Shown here piece after piece: positions 16,121-20,000 of a stretch of DNA of 20,000 bases. A program made the position numbers and the translations under genes. Under the pieces are notes generated by a model, which saw only the letters and a list, made by a program, of their open reading frames with translations, was not told the origin of the DNA and did no database searches. Numbering within the stretch: position 1 is the stretch's first letter; the number at the start of each line of letters is the position of its first letter. The stretch lies in sequence record SRR22947727_2831. One strand, written 5' to 3'.

Positions 16121-17205
16121 GCCTTGTTGAACGGCTAGAGAAGTACTGCCGGACGATGGCGACGTCGGGCAGAGAAGAGCCGATGATGCGCCACATGAAG
16201 GATGACCTGGGTGCCTACACGCAGGACATCACTGTGGATTCTTTTGGCAATGTGATGGCCCGTTTCGAAGCGTCCTCTCCCACGGAGGACACCCTGATGG
16301 TGTTTGCCCACACCGACCAATTGGGCATGATCGTGACCAAGATCGAGGATTCCGGCTTTATCCGTGTGGTGCGACTCGGTGGTGTCCCCGAGAGAGTGCT
16401 CCCGGGAAGTGTCGTCAAGATCATCGCGCACGGTGGCGATGTGGTCACCGGTGTGATGGGGACTCCCCCACACCACCTCACACCTGAAGAGATGAAGTAC
16501 CGAGTGCCGACCATTGATAAGGCCTACATCGACGTCGGGGCCTCCTCTGCGGCAGACGTCCACGCTCTGGGAATTGCGGTCGGTGACCACGTTGCCTATG
16601 AACCACGCTTCGAGCGTCTCGCACACAACCGTGTGGCGGGAACCAGTATCGATGATCGTGGAGGCTGCGCTGTGTTGGTGGGCCTTGCCGAGCACCTGGC
16701 CACGAAGCCCGCCGCCGTGAACGTTGTGCTCGTCGCCACCGTCCAAGAAGAATTTAATTTGCGAGGCGCGATGCTGGCGGCGGAGAAGATCAAGCCCGTA
16801 GCCGCCTTCTCTTTGGATCTGGTCGCCGCGGGTGACACTCCCGAGATGGGAACACCCAATGGTGTTGCCGTCGGACACGGCCCTGTGATGGGTCTCTACA
16901 GTTTCCACGGCCGGGGAACACTCAATGGCGTGATCCCCCACCCAGGGCTCGTGGAGATGGTGGAGAAGAGCGCCACCGGAACGAAGACGCCGCTGCAGAA
17001 GCACGCAACGGTCGGTTTGCTCACCGACGCGTCCTATGTTCAGTTCGTCAATGGAGGAACTCCATCTCTCGACCTGTGCTGGCCGACCCGCTACACCCAT
17101 ACCGGCGTAGAAATGTGCTCTCTGGACGATCTCGAGGGTCTGCAGGCCCTCATCACCCACGTGGTGTCAAGTTTTCCAGCCCACTGGGATGGCACCCGCG
17201 ACTAA
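16117..17205 (+). CDS. M42-family dinuclear metallopeptidase/hydrolase, SgcX-like
   Basis: Metal-ligand motifs AHTD, DDRGG, VQEE, SLD and RYTH. QEEFNLRG and HGRGTL resemble E. coli SgcX as recalled. GTGA overlap with the permease. Confidence 0.88.
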   Translation: MSLVERLEKYCRTMATSGREEPMMRHMKDDLGAYTQDITVDSFGNVMARFEASSPTEDTLMVFAHTDQLGMIVTKIEDSGFIRVVRLGGVPERVLPGSVVKIIAHGGDVVTGVMGTPPHHLTPEEMKYRVPTIDKAYIDVGASSAADVHALGIAVGDHVAYEPRFERLAHNRVAGTSIDDRGGCAVLVGLAEHLATKPAAVNVVLVATVQEEFNLRGAMLAAEKIKPVAAFSLDLVAAGDTPEMGTPNGVAVGHGPVMGLYSFHGRGTLNGVIPHPGLVEMVEKSATGTKTPLQKHATVGLLTDASYVQFVNGGTPSLDLCWPTRYTHTGVEMCSLDDLEGLQALITHVVSSFPAHWDGTRD

Positions 17206-17232
17206 GTAGACCCGAGCAACAGGAGGCAGACG

Positions 17233-18768
17233 ATGACGACCGACCTACTGATGGGAATCGACGTAGGAACCTACGAAACTAAGGGCGTCCTGGTGACCCC
17301 CGAGGGAACTGTGGTGGCGACCGAGGTCATGCCCCACAAGATGATCTTCCCCCGCGCGGGCTGGGCAGAACACGACCCCGAAGGAACCTGGTGGGGCGAT
17401 GTCACCCACGTGAGTAAAGCGCTCCTCGCCACTGAAGGAGTCTCACCTGATCAGATCAAAGGCGTCGGCATCAGCGCCATTGGGCCCGATGTGTTGCCCA
17501 TCGATGAGAACCTGCAGCCGCTGCGTAACGGAATCCTCTACGGCGTGGACACTCGTGCTGTTGACGAGATCGCCGAGATGAATGAGCGCCATGGCGCCGA
17601 CTACATCTTCAACGCCTGCGGCAATGCACTGTCGTCCCAGGCGACGGGACCCAAAATCCTCTGGATCAAGAAGAACGAGCCCGAGGTCTATGAGAAGGCC
17701 CGCTGGTTCGTCGACGCGACGACCTTCATCGTGGCACGGCTGACGGGACGAGTCGTCGTCGACCACTTCTCGGCGGGCTCCCACCACCCCATGTATGACC
17801 CGTGGAAGCGTGACTGGAATGACGAGCTGAACGACGGCATCGTCGAGCGAGAGCGCCTTCCCGAGCTGGCCTGGACCCATGAGCTTGCAGGTGAAATCAC
17901 TGAATGGGCAGCGAAGGAAACGGGGCTCAATGTGGGCACCCCGGTCTCCGTGGGAACCATTGATGCTGGCGCCGAATCGTTCAGTGTTGGCGTGACCGAG
18001 CCCGGCGAAATGATGATGATGTATGGCTCCACCATCTTCATGATTCAAGTTACCGATAACGACCAAGCACGAGATGAACGCCTCTGGGTAGCCCCTTATC
18101 TGTTCCCCGGAACCTGGTGTCTCCTTGCGGGAATGGCGACCTCGGGTGCGCTCACGAGGTGGTTTAGGGACTCCTTTGCCGCAGAGCTTGTCGCCGCGGA
18201 AGAAGCTGGTGGTGAACCTGCCTACGGCGTCCTCACTCGCGAAGCGTCCGAATCACAACCAGGGTCCAACGGTGTGATTGTTTTGCCCTATTTTTCGGGT
18301 GAGAGAACTCCCATCAATGACCCCAAGGCAAAAGGAGTTATCTTCGGCCTCAGTCTCACCCACACGAGAGGCGACCTCTTCCGGGCCACCTTGGAGGGGA
18401 TGGGGCATGGCATCAAGCAGCATGTCGACATGTTTACGGACATGGGAGCACCGCCCCACACCATCCAGGCTGTGGGCGGTGGCACCAAAAACGCGGTGTG
18501 GCTCCAAAGCGTCAGTGACATTAGTGGCGTGCCTCAGAAGGTAGCTCCCGTCACGGTTGGAGCGTCGTATGGGGACGCTTTGCTGGCTGCCGTAGCTGTG
18601 GGATTGGTGAGCGGGCCAGAAGCTATTCGCGAGTGGCAGGGAGAGGGCACCACAGTGACACCCAACCCTGCTATGGCCGATACCTACGCGCCCCTCCACC
18701 AGATTTACACCGGGCTGTACCAGGCGACCAAGGAGCATATGCACACGCTCCATGAGCTTGGCTACTAG
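17233..18768 (+). CDS. FGGY-family carbohydrate kinase (xylulokinase-like, substrate unknown)
   Basis: GIDVGT..TK, GWAEHDP, KILWIK..EPE, GTIDA, LPYFSGERTP and VGGG. AGGAGG RBS. Confidence 0.93.
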   Translation: MTTDLLMGIDVGTYETKGVLVTPEGTVVATEVMPHKMIFPRAGWAEHDPEGTWWGDVTHVSKALLATEGVSPDQIKGVGISAIGPDVLPIDENLQPLRNGILYGVDTRAVDEIAEMNERHGADYIFNACGNALSSQATGPKILWIKKNEPEVYEKARWFVDATTFIVARLTGRVVVDHFSAGSHHPMYDPWKRDWNDELNDGIVERERLPELAWTHELAGEITEWAAKETGLNVGTPVSVGTIDAGAESFSVGVTEPGEMMMMYGSTIFMIQVTDNDQARDERLWVAPYLFPGTWCLLAGMATSGALTRWFRDSFAAELVAAEEAGGEPAYGVLTREASESQPGSNGVIVLPYFSGERTPINDPKAKGVIFGLSLTHTRGDLFRATLEGMGHGIKQHVDMFTDMGAPPHTIQAVGGGTKNAVWLQSVSDISGVPQKVAPVTVGASYGDALLAAVAVGLVSGPEAIREWQGEGTTVTPNPAMADTYAPLHQIYTGLYQATKEHMHTLHELGY

Positions 18769-19790
18769 GGAATCAGGGCCACCCGATACGACGGTTTTGC
18801 CGAGAGGTACTCGAAGGCCGCCTTGGCGTCACTCAGGGGGAATGTTTTCTCCATGATGGGCGTCAGGTCAATCTCGCCCGCTGCGATCATGTCGGTGGCC
18901 CTCTTGTGGTCTTCTATGTCAGCGCTTACGGCTCCGATAACGCGGACTTCCGTGTTGTGCACCCAGTTCGGGTCAATCTCGAGCGGCTCAACAGGATGTG
19001 CCGACGCAAAGAGACACAGGGTTCCCCGGGGCTGCAGGACTTTGAGCCCTTGCTGATTGACGGCATTTGACCCGATCGCGGTGACGACACCGTCCACTCC
19101 ACCGGGAAACTCCTCGAGGATGGAATCGACCGCGTCGCCTGAGCTCAGGATGGTCTTACGGATTCCGTGCGAGGAAGCGTAGTCCAAGCGCTCCTGCTCC
19201 ATATCCACCAGCGCGACATCGACTCCGGCGTGCTGCAACACCATGGCGTTGAGTAGCCCCATTGGCCCGGCACCAAAGACGACGGCGGTGTCTCCTGCCT
19301 TCATACCCATGAGGCGCACACCGTGCACCGCGCACGACAGTGGTTCTGCCAGGCAGGCAAGTTCAAAAGGAGCATCACCGACGGGGAAACAACCATCCTC
19401 GCGGTGCACTTTGTACTCGAGAAAGCCACCAGGGCCAAGCTCCCCACCCTTGAGGGAGAAGTAGGCGAAGTGCTCCGGGCACCCTTTGTCCTCCCCTCGC
19501 ACACAGGCTCGGCAGGTGCCACATCTCGTGGGACCCAAGGTGACTCGGTCGCCCACCTTGACCTGTGTGACATCTGGAGCAATGGCGACCACCTCGCCCG
19601 CGTTCTCATGACCACCGAGGAACGGGAAACCTGGTTTCTGCTTACCGATGAACGTTCGCTGCTCCCACGAACAAATTGAGGCTGCACCAATCTTGACCAT
19701 GACTTCACGGGGCCCTAAATCTGGGACCGGGATGTCTTGGATTTCGACCTCGCCAACGCCGGTCAGCACAGCTGCCTTCATGGTGGTCAC
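18765..19790 (-). CDS. Zn-dependent medium-chain (polyol/sugar-alcohol) dehydrogenase
   Basis: Catalytic C (ICSWE), GHE, structural Zn site CGTCRAC-x7-C, EPLSC, GAGPMG, and Asp after the second Rossmann strand (NAD preference). Stop overlaps the FGGY stop (CTAG). Start is GTG 19790 or ATG 19781. Confidence 0.9.
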   Translation of the reverse strand: MTTMKAAVLTGVGEVEIQDIPVPDLGPREVMVKIGAASICSWEQRTFIGKQKPGFPFLGGHENAGEVVAIAPDVTQVKVGDRVTLGPTRCGTCRACVRGEDKGCPEHFAYFSLKGGELGPGGFLEYKVHREDGCFPVGDAPFELACLAEPLSCAVHGVRLMGMKAGDTAVVFGAGPMGLLNAMVLQHAGVDVALVDMEQERLDYASSHGIRKTILSSGDAVDSILEEFPGGVDGVVTAIGSNAVNQQGLKVLQPRGTLCLFASAHPVEPLEIDPNWVHNTEVRVIGAVSADIEDHKRATDMIAAGEIDLTPIMEKTFPLSDAKAAFEYLSAKPSYRVALIP

Positions 19791-19792
19791 GG

Positions 19793-19999
19793 TTAGTCCT
19801 TCACTAAGGCAAAAGCCTCATCAACCGAAGCGTTCTGGTGAACAATCGCTTGGAGTGCTGCCACGAGGGATGCGGGGTTGGGGTGTTGCACGACGTTGCG
19901 TCCATAGACAACACCACTCGCGCCGACCTCGACGGCAATCTTGGTGCGTTCCAAGAGCTCACGAGTGGTGACTTTTCCGCCCCCGCGGACAAGAACGGG
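19793..19999 (-). CDS. C-terminal fragment of a DhnA/LsrF-fold class I aldolase, truncated by the window edge; not in the ORF track
   Basis: Manual translation gives PVLVRGGGKVTTRELLERTKIAVEVGASGVVYGRNVVQHPNPASLVAALQAIVHQNASVDEAFALVKD*. The GG and GxxxGRN phosphate-binding motifs are present, and the stop is 2 nt before the dehydrogenase start. Confidence 0.85.
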   Translation of the reverse strand, partial: PVLVRGGGKVTTRELLERTKIAVEVGASGVVYGRNVVQHPNPASLVAALQAIVHQNASVDEAFALVKD

Positions 20000-20000
20000 A

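Noticed and set aside
16135-17160. 341-aa minus-strand ORF
   Set aside because: It is fully antisense to the motif-supported M42 gene and has no recognisable motifs. This is a typical high-GC shadow ORF.
19804-19992. 62-aa minus-strand ORF in the ORF track
   Set aside because: Wrong frame. The frame ending at 19793 encodes clear class I aldolase motifs.
11454-20000. Canonical lsr (AI-2) operon
   Set aside because: No lsrR or lsrG is seen, the SBP lacks the recalled AI-2 contact motifs, and the extra genes (M42, Zn dehydrogenase, DhaKL, transketolase) are not part of lsr.
1-20000. tRNA, rRNA, CRISPR, IS/integrase or defence genes
   Set aside because: No such signatures are seen. Nearly all of the sequence is accounted for by metabolic CDSs with short intergenic regions.

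Overview
Gene-dense, high-GC bacterial DNA, probably actinobacterial (inferred from gene content and protein style). It holds two adjacent carbohydrate-catabolism clusters. (1) 1-7700 is a myo-inositol (iol) cluster: a divergent iolG-like dehydrogenase, then iolE, iolC, a Cgl0159-like class I aldolase, a second Gfo/Idh/MocA dehydrogenase (LgdA/scyllo-inositol dehydrogenase-like) and iolD, with a convergent GntR/HutC regulator (IolR-like). iolB and iolA are not in the window. (2) 7795-20000 is a cluster for an unidentified sugar or polyol. A dhaK-dhaL-split transketolase operon, whose transketolase has non-canonical active-site residues, is divergent from an LsrB/RhaS-like ABC transporter, an SgcX-like M42 metallohydrolase and an FGGY kinase. 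A Zn-dependent dehydrogenase and a partial DhnA-type class I aldolase (missing from the ORF track) converge on these. I see no RNA genes, mobile elements or CRISPR arrays. The best candidate for an undescribed system is cluster 2. Family assignments rest on motifs and recalled sequences, not on database searches.
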